DNA of 24,781 nucleotides from Elusimicrobiota bacterium (GCA_043816185.1 JBDRIG010000065.1:1-24781), one strand, 5' to 3'; positions 8,827-16,823 are shown, counted from the first letter of the stretch. A program made the numbers and translations. Notes: generated from the sequence alone by a model not told the origin.

Positions 8827-10032
8827 ATGTTAAAATATAAAAACAATCTATTATTTATTGACGATGTTTCCGTTTTTGATATAGCGGTTAAAGTTGGTAC
8901 ACCAGCCTATCTTTATGGCGAAAGCAAACTTTTAGAAAATTATAAAGCGATTGACAGTGCATTTTCAAAAGTAAAACACATAATCTGTTATGCTGTAAAA
9001 GCGAATGCAAATCCGCATCTCTTAAAAATTCTTGCCAAAAAAGGATGTGGATGCGATGTTGTTTCTGTTAACGAGTTAAAACTTGCCATTTCTTGTGGTA
9101 TAAATTCGCAGAAAATAGTTTTTGCAGGAGTAGGAAAAAGAGACGATGAAATTCACGAGGCAATAAAAAAAAATATTTTGATGTTCAACGTTGAATCAAT
9201 ACCTGAACTTTATAAAATAGATAAAATTGCAAAATCACTCGGCAAGACGGCAAGGATTTCTTTCAGGGTAAATCCTAATATAGACGCAAAAACACATCCA
9301 CATATCACAACAGGGCTTTCTCATAATAAGTTTGGGTTGTGTTTTGACAAGGCATTTGAAGGCTATGTCTTGGCGAAAGAGCTTAAAAACATAGATATTG
9401 TTGGTATTCATATACATATCGGTTCGCAGATAACGGACAAAAACTCCTTTAAACTTGCTTCAAAAAAGGTTTCCGAATATATTAAAAAACTTGCAGATGC
9501 TGAAATAAAACTGAAATATATAAATATGGGCGGTGGGCTTGGTATAAAATATAAAGACGAGAAAGTAATTACGCAAATAGATTATGCAAATGTAATTTTA
9601 TCGCACCTTCCAAAAAACTACACAATAATTCTTGAGCCAGGCAGATTTATCGTCGGCGAAATGGGTATTCTGGTTACAAAAATAGTTTACATTAAAAAAA
9701 CATCAAAGAAAAACTTTTTGGTAGTTGATGCTGGAATGAATGATTTGATAAGACCTGCTATTTATGACGCATATCATGAAATTATTCCTGTTGCTTTAAG
9801 AGGTGGTGCGAAACATAGTTGGGATATTGTTGGGCCTATCTGTGAATCGTCGGATGTTTTTGCTAAAGACAGACAGATGCAGAATGTTTCAGAGGGCGAT
9901 TATCTGGCTATTTTATGTGCTGGTGCGTACGGATATTCAATGTCCTCAAATTACAATATGCGTCCTCGTCCAGCAGAGGTGTTGGTTACAGCAAAAACGT
10001 GGAGACAAATAAGATGCAGAGAAAATCTGTAA
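8827..10032 (+). CDS. lysA: Diaminopimelate decarboxylase
   Basis: YAVKAN PLP lysine, HIHIGSQI, GGGLG, EPGR, GPICES, GAYG..MSSNYN. Confidence 0.97.
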   Translation: MLKYKNNLLFIDDVSVFDIAVKVGTPAYLYGESKLLENYKAIDSAFSKVKHIICYAVKANANPHLLKILAKKGCGCDVVSVNELKLAISCGINSQKIVFAGVGKRDDEIHEAIKKNILMFNVESIPELYKIDKIAKSLGKTARISFRVNPNIDAKTHPHITTGLSHNKFGLCFDKAFEGYVLAKELKNIDIVGIHIHIGSQITDKNSFKLASKKVSEYIKKLADAEIKLKYINMGGGLGIKYKDEKVITQIDYANVILSHLPKNYTIILEPGRFIVGEMGILVTKIVYIKKTSKKNFLVVDAGMNDLIRPAIYDAYHEIIPVALRGGAKHSWDIVGPICESSDVFAKDRQMQNVSEGDYLAILCAGAYGYSMSSNYNMRPRPAEVLVTAKTWRQIRCRENL

Positions 10033-10847
10033 GTTTCGTTAAGATGTCTGGAAGTGGAAATGATTTTATTGTAATCGATAACAGAAATAAGATTGTTAAA
10101 AATGCAACCACTTTTGCTAAAAAATACTGTTCAAGAAAATTTGGCATCGGTGCCGATGGACTCTTGCTTGTTGAAAAATCAAAAGCAGCCAATTTCAAAA
10201 TGGTTTATTACAACTCCGACGGTAGTCGTGCATCTTTTTGTGGTAATGGTGCAAGGTGCATCGCATTATTTGCATATGTTAAAAAAATTGCTTCATTAAA
10301 AATGAGTTTTGAATCCGATGCTGGTTTAATATCGGCAGAAGTAAAAAACAATTTGAAATGTCATTGTGAGGAGAAGCCGTGTCAATCTCAAACGATAAAA
10401 ATAAAAATGCCAGAACCAAAAAATTTTAATCTTGATTTCAACATCACTGTTGAAGGTAAAAAATTTGAAGCATCTTTCGTCGATACTGGTGTGCCCCATA
10501 CTGTGATATTCGCAGAGAAAATAGAAAATGTTGATGTAGAAAAATTTGGACGGCTTATCAGATTTCATAAGAAATTTCAACCTGCTGGCACAAATGTTAA
10601 TTTTGTAAAAATTCTTGGAAAAAATAAACTTCAAGTTAGAACATATGAACGCGGCGTTGAAGCGGAAACCCTTGCCTGTGGAACAGGGGTTGTTGCATCG
10701 AGTATGATTTCTATTAAAAAAGGATTTGTTAAATCGCCAGTTACCATTTTAACTCAGGGTGGCGAAATTTTAAATGTATACTACGATGGAAAAACCGTAC
10801 ATTTCGAAGGTAAAATATCGTTGGTATTTGGAGGAAAAATATATTGA
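10014..10847 (+). CDS. dapF: Diaminopimelate epimerase
   Basis: FVKMSGSGNDF, GIGADG, CGNGARC, ERGVEAETLACGTG; start moved to ATG 10014 after GGAGA, overlapping the lysA end. Confidence 0.96.
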   Translation: MQRKSVSFVKMSGSGNDFIVIDNRNKIVKNATTFAKKYCSRKFGIGADGLLLVEKSKAANFKMVYYNSDGSRASFCGNGARCIALFAYVKKIASLKMSFESDAGLISAEVKNNLKCHCEEKPCQSQTIKIKMPEPKNFNLDFNITVEGKKFEASFVDTGVPHTVIFAEKIENVDVEKFGRLIRFHKKFQPAGTNVNFVKILGKNKLQVRTYERGVEAETLACGTGVVASSMISIKKGFVKSPVTILTQGGEILNVYYDGKTVHFEGKISLVFGGKIY

Positions 10848-10854
10848 TTCGCAT

Positions 10855-12021
10855 ATGAAAACTGAATATTCAAAACGATTGAAAAAATTACCACCATATC
10901 TTTTTGTTGAAATTGACAAAAAGAAAAAATTGGCTATAGAGCGAGGAGTAGACATTATTTCTTTAGGGGTTGGTGACCCAGATTTACCGACACCAAAACA
11001 TATTGTTGATGCAATGAAAAATGCTGTTGAAGAACAGAAATATCATCACTATCCTTTTGGCGAGGGACTTGTTGAATTCAGGAAAGCTGTTGCCAATTGG
11101 TATAAAAGTAGATTCAATGTTGACTTAAATTTTCAAAATGAGATTTGTTCTTTGATTGGCTCGAAAGAAGGTATTGGGCACATTCATCTTGCATTTGTTA
11201 ATTCTGGCGATTATGTTTTAATTCCAGATCCAGGATATCCTGTTTATAACTGTGGAACCATTTTTTCCGATGGAGTTTCCCATTTTCTGCCGTTAACAGA
11301 AGAAAATAATTTTTTACCTGATTTGGAAAAAATTCCTGAAAAAATTGCAAGGAAATCTAAAATTTTATTTATAAATTATCCCAATAATCCGACCACAGCG
11401 ACAGCGACACTTGAATTTTATGAAAAGGTTGTAAAATTTGCAAAAAAATATAATATTATTGTTTGTAGCGATTTAGCATATTCGGAAATTTATTTTGATG
11501 ACAAAAAACCGCCGAGTTTTCTTCAAGTAAAAGGGGCAAAAGAAGTTGGCGTGGAGTTTCATTCTTTGTCAAAAACATACAGTATGACTGGCTGGCGTTT
11601 AGGTTGGGTATGTGGAAATCCAGAAATAGTTTCCGGTTTAGCGAGAGTTAAAGATAATTATGATTCTGGTGTTTTTGGTGCTATACAAAAAACAGGTATC
11701 GTGGCACTATCATCGTCGCAGAATTGCGTTGAAGAAATGAGAAAAATCTATCAAAAAAGACGAGATGTTTTTGTTGAAGGACTGAATAAAATTGGTTGGC
11801 GAGTAAAAAAACCGCAAGCAACATTTTATGTTTGGGTAAAAGTGCCAGAAGGATTTACGTCTGCACAGATTGTTGAAAAACTTATTGATGAGGCAGGAAT
11901 TATTGCTGTGCCTGGTAATGGCCTGGGATTGTCGGGTGAGGGTTATGTTAGGTTTGCTTTAACAGTACCCGAAAATCGTCTAAAACAGGCAGTAGAAAAA
12001 ATTTCCAAAGTAAGGTTATAG
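10855..12021 (+). CDS. dapL: LL-diaminopimelate aminotransferase
   Basis: LPPYLF, LGVGDPD, GSKEG, NYPNNPT, FHSLSKTYSMTGWRLG class I aminotransferase; clustered with dapF and lysA. Confidence 0.88.
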   Translation: MKTEYSKRLKKLPPYLFVEIDKKKKLAIERGVDIISLGVGDPDLPTPKHIVDAMKNAVEEQKYHHYPFGEGLVEFRKAVANWYKSRFNVDLNFQNEICSLIGSKEGIGHIHLAFVNSGDYVLIPDPGYPVYNCGTIFSDGVSHFLPLTEENNFLPDLEKIPEKIARKSKILFINYPNNPTTATATLEFYEKVVKFAKKYNIIVCSDLAYSEIYFDDKKPPSFLQVKGAKEVGVEFHSLSKTYSMTGWRLGWVCGNPEIVSGLARVKDNYDSGVFGAIQKTGIVALSSSQNCVEEMRKIYQKRRDVFVEGLNKIGWRVKKPQATFYVWVKVPEGFTSAQIVEKLIDEAGIIAVPGNGLGLSGEGYVRFALTVPENRLKQAVEKISKVRL

Positions 12022-12110
12022 ATTTTGTGATCCGCCGATAAAATAAAAGTAATTCTGAATGGTTTTCTAACACTACTTCATTAAGTTCAGCTTGTTATTG
12101 TAAGGGCTTT

Positions 12111-12156
12111 TGTCATCATTGCGAGAAGCGAATGAAATGAGCGACGAAGCAATCTC
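12111..12156 (+). repeat. Palindromic element arm of the TCATTGCGAG...GAAGCAATCTC type
   Basis: TGTCATCATTGCGAGAAGCGAATGAAATGAGCGACGAAGCAATCTC; degenerate relative inside dapF at 10359-10389. Confidence 0.7.
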
Positions 12157-12169
12157 GCAATCAGACTGT

Positions 12170-12286
12170 CAGACTGTGTCGCAGTCCATCTTTTACTATC
12201 TAGTGTTGGATTGCAGTACCATATTTTACCATCAGTTGCTATCTTCTATAAAAATGCAACTTTTTAGCTCATTGCGACACAGTCTC
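12170..12286. mobile_element. MITE-like element, 117 bp
   Basis: TIRs CAGACTGTGTCGCAGT / ATTGCGACACAGTCTC (14/16 complementary); no coding capacity; right end resembles 19855-19993. Confidence 0.65.
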
Positions 12287-12359
12287 AATAACCACGAACA
12301 TAAAATAGGTTGTCAGTAAATGAGTCACTTAACAAAGTAGTGCTATTTGGGAGTAAAAA

Positions 12360-13409
12360 ATGCTTAAATTATCAACTGCTATAGGTAGTATGCCTTATAC
12401 TGACGTAAAAAAAGCAATTAAAATTAGTATAAAAAATCTTGGTATTCCTGTTTGGCCACAACTTCCTAAAAAAGGTTTTCGTGAAAATATGTATACGCAA
12501 TATTGCGAAGGGTTTCCCTGTCTTGAAGTTTCCGAAAAAAATCAAAATATATTTTTTAATACCGACGACGATGTAGTTCCATCATTGGAAAAATTCTATG
12601 AAAGGATTATTTCAGACGATATTGAATACTTCAAAATTTCACAAGAGTACGCTTGCGGGTTATATGAATTTATTAAGCAACTTCAAGTTTCTTCACAAGG
12701 AATCTCCCAGACAAGTTTCAAACCTCAATTTATTAAGGGGCAGATTACAGGTCCAATTACTTTTGGTTTGAAAGTAACCAGCAAGGACAATCGCTCAATT
12801 TTTTATAATGAACAGTTTGTAGATGTAGTAGTTAAAACATTGACGATGAAGGCCAAGTGGCAGATAGAACAATTTAAACTCCACAGCCCAGAATCTAAAG
12901 TTATTATATTTATTGATGAGCCGTATTTATCCACTTTTGGAAGTGCCTTTACACAAATTTCCCGCGAAGAAGTAATAAAGTATCTCGATGAGGTTATAGG
13001 GGGTATTCATAAGGAAAATGTTTTGTCAGGTGTTCACTGCTGTGGAAATACTGACTGGTCGGTTTTAATGGATACGAACATTGATATTATTTCTTTTGAT
13101 GCTTACAATTTTTTTGATGGACTAACACTTTATCCCGAAAAACTGAATAAATTTTTTGATAGAGGTGGGGTATTGGCGTGGGGAATTGTACCAAGTTCCC
13201 AACAAATAAATTCTGAAACAGTGGAATCATTGACGGAGAATTTTATAGAAAAAAGCAAACAACTTATTAAAAAGGGTATTGACGAAAAAGCAGTTAGAAG
13301 TCGTTATATTATAACGCCGTCCTGTGGTGTAGGTTCACTCTCAGAAGAACTTGCGGAAAAAATTATTATAACAACAAAAAGTGTTGCAGAAAATCTGTTA
13401 AAATTATAA
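12360..13409 (+). CDS. Cobalamin-independent methionine synthase II family (single-barrel MetE-like) protein
   Basis: IGSMP, WPQLP, KGQITGPITF, FIDEP, GVHCCG and TPSCG Zn-ligand motifs. Confidence 0.85.
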   Translation: MLKLSTAIGSMPYTDVKKAIKISIKNLGIPVWPQLPKKGFRENMYTQYCEGFPCLEVSEKNQNIFFNTDDDVVPSLEKFYERIISDDIEYFKISQEYACGLYEFIKQLQVSSQGISQTSFKPQFIKGQITGPITFGLKVTSKDNRSIFYNEQFVDVVVKTLTMKAKWQIEQFKLHSPESKVIIFIDEPYLSTFGSAFTQISREEVIKYLDEVIGGIHKENVLSGVHCCGNTDWSVLMDTNIDIISFDAYNFFDGLTLYPEKLNKFFDRGGVLAWGIVPSSQQINSETVESLTENFIEKSKQLIKKGIDEKAVRSRYIITPSCGVGSLSEELAEKIIITTKSVAENLLKL

Positions 13410-13412
13410 TCT

Positions 13413-13492
13413 TGTAGCGAATACTATGACGAGGTTGCCTATCTCACAGGTTTGCGAGTAGGCGGTAGTCAAGCCTTTTGCAAGTTCGTATA
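13413..13492. repeat. Long imperfect intergenic hairpin, degenerate REP-doublet-like
   Basis: Inner GTTGCCTATCTCACA-GGTT-TGCGAGTAGGCGGT stem; outer TGTAGCGAA / TTCGTATA. Confidence 0.45.
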
Positions 13493-13510
13493 AAAATGGA
13501 AAATATAAAA

Positions 13511-13714
13511 ATGGAAAAAGTAAAAATCAATTCTGAAAAATGCAAGTGTTGTCTTTTGTGCACTTCAGTTTGTATAGAAAAATGCATAGAATTATCTGAT
13601 AAAATGAATAAGTTAGGGCACAAATTTGCCATATTTACAAAAAACGAAAAATGTAAATCCTGTGGTTTTTGTTTTTTAGTCTGCCCAGATAACGCAATAG
13701 AGGTATATAAATAA
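13511..13714 (+). CDS. 2x[4Fe-4S] ferredoxin (oxoacid:ferredoxin oxidoreductase delta-subunit-like)
   Basis: CKCCLLCTSVC and CKSCGFCFLVCPD; alternative ATG at 13496. Confidence 0.85.
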   Translation: MEKVKINSEKCKCCLLCTSVCIEKCIELSDKMNKLGHKFAIFTKNEKCKSCGFCFLVCPDNAIEVYK

Positions 13715-13766
13715 ATGTTGACTAACGAAGTAACGTTACTTAAATATTGAAAAATAAAAAAATCGT

Positions 13767-13794
13767 TTGACAAATTTTATTTTTGTGCTATAAT
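13767..13794 (+). promoter_or_regulatory. sigma70 promoter of nikR
   Basis: TTGACA (13767-13772), 16 nt, TGc-TATAAT (extended -10, hexamer 13789-13794). Confidence 0.85.
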
Positions 13795-13811
13795 CGCTAA
13801 AAAGGTGCTAC
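13785..13811 (+). promoter_or_regulatory. Putative NikR operator 1
   Basis: GTGCTAT-N13-GTGCTAC overlapping the -10 box; matching copy at 14595-14621. Confidence 0.7.
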
Positions 13812-13818
13812 CATATCT

Positions 13819-14232
13819 ATGGGAAAATTATTCAGATTTGGTGTTTCGTTAGAAAAAACCCTGCTTGATAAGTTTGATAAACTTATTAGAAATAGAAACT
13901 ATACAAATCGTTCGGAAGCATTTCGTGATTTAATTCGTCAGGAATTAATAAGAAAGGAATGGCAGGGGGGTAAAGAAATCGCAGGAGCAATAACGCTTAT
14001 CTACGATCACCACAAAAGAGAACTTGGGAGTCATCTTACAGACATACAGCATGATTTCCAAAGTATAATTATTTCAACACAGCACATACATCTAGATCAT
14101 AATAATTGTCTGGAAATAGTCGCAGTCAAAGGCAAAGCGATCCAAGTTCAAAAATTAGCAGATACTCTGAAATCAATAAAAGGCGTAAAGCACAGTGTTT
14201 TAAGTATGTCAACAACGGGAGAAAAAATATAA
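13819..14232 (+). CDS. nikR: Nickel-responsive transcriptional regulator
   Basis: RFGVS ribbon, NRSEAFRDLIR helix, YDHH, QH and HIHLDHNNCLE nickel site. Confidence 0.97.
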   Translation: MGKLFRFGVSLEKTLLDKFDKLIRNRNYTNRSEAFRDLIRQELIRKEWQGGKEIAGAITLIYDHHKRELGSHLTDIQHDFQSIIISTQHIHLDHNNCLEIVAVKGKAIQVQKLADTLKSIKGVKHSVLSMSTTGEKI

Positions 14233-14240
14233 AAAATCAA

Positions 14241-14564
14241 ATGAAATTGATTCCTAAACTCATAGCACTCGACAAAATTAAAAAATATCAACGATTATTA
14301 AAACAAAAAATGGGCAGTTTAAAAATTCATTCAGGTCATGTTGTTTTAAAAAAAGGTGAAAATATTGGAGAGCATTTAACAGATGGTGTCGAAGAGATGT
14401 TGATAATTTTAGACGGGAAGGCCAGTGTGATTATAGATAGAAAAAAAGTAATTAAAGCAAAGATGAACTCGGTAGTTTATGTGCCGCCGAACACTTTGCA
14501 TGATGTTAAAAATATAAGTTCAAAAATTTTAAGGTATATTTATATAACATCGCCGACCAACTAA
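14241..14564 (+). CDS. Cupin domain protein
   Basis: GENIGEHLTDGVEEMLIILDG and YVPPNTLHDVKN cupin motifs; ATG 14241 lies 8 nt after nikR. Confidence 0.85.
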   Translation: MKLIPKLIALDKIKKYQRLLKQKMGSLKIHSGHVVLKKGENIGEHLTDGVEEMLIILDGKASVIIDRKKVIKAKMNSVVYVPPNTLHDVKNISSKILRYIYITSPTN

Positions 14565-14594
14565 TGTCGACCAGTTAATTTTTTTTCATTATTA

Positions 14595-14621
14595 GTAGCA
14601 CGTTTTTTGTTTTTGTAGCAA
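14595..14621 (-). promoter_or_regulatory. Putative NikR operator 2
   Basis: GTAGCAC-N13-GTAGCAA; minus strand TTGCTAC-N13-GTGCTAC; 23/31 identical to operator 1 including flank. Confidence 0.65.
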
Positions 14622-14667
14622 AAGAGGAAGATAAAAATCAGATTTTTTTCATAAGGAGGTGATAAAA

Positions 14668-14730
14668 ATGAGTAGAAATAAAGATTCGCCATCGCTACAA
14701 AAAAAGGCACAAAAAAAGGCGGAAGTATAG
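14668..14730 (+). CDS. Candidate 20-aa small ORF (MSRNKDSPSLQKKAQKKAEV)
   Basis: TAAGGAGGTGAT Shine-Dalgarno immediately upstream, the best match I saw in the window. Confidence 0.35.
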   Translation: MSRNKDSPSLQKKAQKKAEV

Positions 14731-14756
14731 CCCCGTTGAGAGAACTACACCCCGCC
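14711..14756 (-). terminator. Terminator-like hairpin oriented for a minus-strand transcript
   Basis: Minus strand GGCGGGGTGTAG...CTATACTTCCGCC followed by T7; G-U pairs only form on the minus strand. Confidence 0.5.
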
Positions 14757-14820
14757 AAAAATATTGTAGCAAATTTGTGATTTAGTTTCAAGAGAAAAAT
14801 TATTAAAATTGGAGGATAAA

Positions 14821-15468
14821 ATGAAGATATTTACGATAGTTTTTTATATATTGTTTTTTGCATTTTCAGTTGTCTTTGCGGCACATCCTTTGGCAACGGA
14901 TGATATTGGAATTGTTGAGGTTGGCAAGTATGAATTAGAAATGGGCTATGACAACTGCAAGAGAGAAGGTGAATTGAGAAATCACTCTTGTGGAATTTCG
15001 CTAAAACACGGAATTACGGAAAAAATGGATGTCGGGGTTTCATTTCCATATCAATTAGAGCCGAAATTAGTAGAGCCCCTCGGCATGGCAACGCTTGGTT
15101 TTAAGTTTTTGTTGATAAGAGATATTTTTGCTTTAACCGTCAATAATGAACTTGGTTCGCAAGAATATTTCGTCAATGGGATTTTTACGCGGGAGATTCA
15201 GCCTATAACCATTCACGCAAATGTTGGTTATGCAATTTCCGGCGATGAAAACACGGAAGGTGAAATAATTTACAGTTCCGCGGTTGAATATCCTTTCTCA
15301 AAAATTGATATCGTTGGCGAAATTGTTGCTGAAAAAATCGGATTACAAGATTGGCTTTTTGGTGTGAGGTATAAAGTCAGCGAAAAATCTGCAATAGATT
15401 TTGCTTACGGAAATGGTTTTAGAAGTACTGAAAAAAAAATTGTTTTCGGATTTCATACAGGATTTTGA
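14821..15468 (+). CDS. Putative outer-membrane beta-barrel (transporter-like)
   Basis: GGAGG RBS; signal peptide ending VFA-A; HPLATDD N-terminus; alternating amphipathic strands; terminal Phe. Confidence 0.75.
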   Translation: MKIFTIVFYILFFAFSVVFAAHPLATDDIGIVEVGKYELEMGYDNCKREGELRNHSCGISLKHGITEKMDVGVSFPYQLEPKLVEPLGMATLGFKFLLIRDIFALTVNNELGSQEYFVNGIFTREIQPITIHANVGYAISGDENTEGEIIYSSAVEYPFSKIDIVGEIVAEKIGLQDWLFGVRYKVSEKSAIDFAYGNGFRSTEKKIVFGFHTGF

Positions 15469-15474
15469 AATAAA

Positions 15475-15580
15475 GACGATGAAACCAGATAAAGGACTGA
15501 TGCAAACAGATTGAAAATAATCGGTTTTTGTCGAGCAGCCATCGAATGGGTATCAAATTTAATCAGTCCGTTATCGGTTT
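15475..15580 (+). repeat. Long hairpin leader element upstream of nikM/cbiM
   Basis: AAACCAGATAAAGGACTGAT pairs with ATCAGTCCGTTATCGGTTT; similar to 1084-1161. Confidence 0.6.
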
Positions 15581-15606
15581 AAATTATTTTTTAATGGAGG
15601 AATAAA

Positions 15607-16287
15607 ATGCATATACCAGATGGATATTTGGGTCCGACGACGTGTGGTTTTTTTTATGTGATAATGTTACCCTTATGGATTGTCGCATCAAAAATTGTTA
15701 AAAAAACATTAGAGGCAAAACAAGTGCCAATGTTAGCAATTGGAGCAGCGTTTAGTTTTGTGATCATGATGTTTAATATACCAATTCCTGGCGGGACAAC
15801 AGGGCATGCGGTAGGTGGTGTTCTCGTTGCGATACTTCTTGGACCCTGGGCGGCATGCATTGCTATAACGGTAGCTTTAGTTATTCAGGCACTTTTATTC
15901 GGCGATGGAGGTATTTCCACAATTGGTGCTAACTGTTTTAATATGGCATTTGTCTTACCATTCGTCGGATATTACATTTATAAGGCGATTAGTTATGCTG
16001 CTCCAATTGGTTCAAATAGACGAGTCATTGCTGCGGGTATTGCTGGTTATGTAGCACTTAATATTGCTGCGGGATTAACGGGGATTGAGTTTGGAATACA
16101 ACCACTGCTTCATAAAACGGCAGGTGGGCAGGCACTCTATTGCCCATATGGATTGAATGTTGCGTTATTTGCAATGTTGGGAGAACACTTGTTGATTTTC
16201 GGATGGATTGAAGCGATTGCGACTGCTCTTGTAATAAAATATCTGCAGAAACAATCGTCGGAACTTCTTGAAAACACTGTAAAGTAA
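15607..16287 (+). CDS. cbiM: ECF Ni/Co transporter substrate component, NikM-type (CbiM family)
   Basis: MHIPDGYL N-terminus, GGTTGHAVGG, QALLFGDGG; GGAGG RBS. Confidence 0.93.
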   Translation: MHIPDGYLGPTTCGFFYVIMLPLWIVASKIVKKTLEAKQVPMLAIGAAFSFVIMMFNIPIPGGTTGHAVGGVLVAILLGPWAACIAITVALVIQALLFGDGGISTIGANCFNMAFVLPFVGYYIYKAISYAAPIGSNRRVIAAGIAGYVALNIAAGLTGIEFGIQPLLHKTAGGQALYCPYGLNVALFAMLGEHLLIFGWIEAIATALVIKYLQKQSSELLENTVK

Positions 16288-16487
16288 AAGATGTGCATTG
16301 CAAAGATGCGAGGGAAAATAAAAATGGAGATTAAAAAAATGATTGAATGAGTTTGTTGCGAATAAAAAGATTCGTTGTGAGTAAAAAAATTAGAATATTT
16401 GGGACAAGCAAAACCTTGATTTTAACATTTCTGATTTTAGCTCTCTGCAATTTTACGATAAATTTTGAAAGATAGGAGGAAAAACAG

Positions 16488-16823
16488 ATGAAAATTACGA
16501 ATAAACTTTGGATTGGCTTGATGATACTGGTTATACTTTCTCCGTTGGGGCTTATATTACCAGAGTATTTTAAGGCTGGTAGTGCATGGGGTGAATGGGG
16601 CGTCGAGGAAATGCAAAAACTCGTTGGCTATATTCCTCAGGGTCTTGAAAAACTCTCTGAACTTTGGAGTGCACCGATGCCAGATTATGCTTTCAAGGGA
16701 TGGGAAGAAAAAGGGCTATTGCAAATGAGTTTTGCATACATCATATCTGCTCTCGTAGGAATTGGAATAATTACAATTGTAATAATGGGTATAGGAAAAA
16801 CAATAGTCAGGGGAAGAGGGTGA
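16488..16823 (+). CDS. ECF accessory membrane protein NikN-type (PDGLE domain)
   Basis: Two TM helices around AWGEWG..APMPDYAF; AGGAGG RBS; position between M and Q components. Confidence 0.88.
   Translation: MKITNKLWIGLMILVILSPLGLILPEYFKAGSAWGEWGVEEMQKLVGYIPQGLEKLSELWSAPMPDYAFKGWEEKGLLQMSFAYIISALVGIGIITIVIMGIGKTIVRGRG

Noticed and set aside
12110..12319. 69-aa ORF MSSLREANEMSDEAISQ
   Set aside because: Translation of the palindromic element plus MITE
14561..14791. 76-aa minus-strand ORF in the cupin-barrel gap
   Set aside because: TTG start, no RBS, reads through the minus-strand terminator and operator; low-complexity product
15475..15580. NiCo or cobalamin riboswitch upstream of nikM/cbiM
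   Set aside because: Only a GAGCAG fragment resembles NiCo; I cannot see the four-way junction or a B12 box, and a related element precedes argG. Rfam cmscan would settle it.
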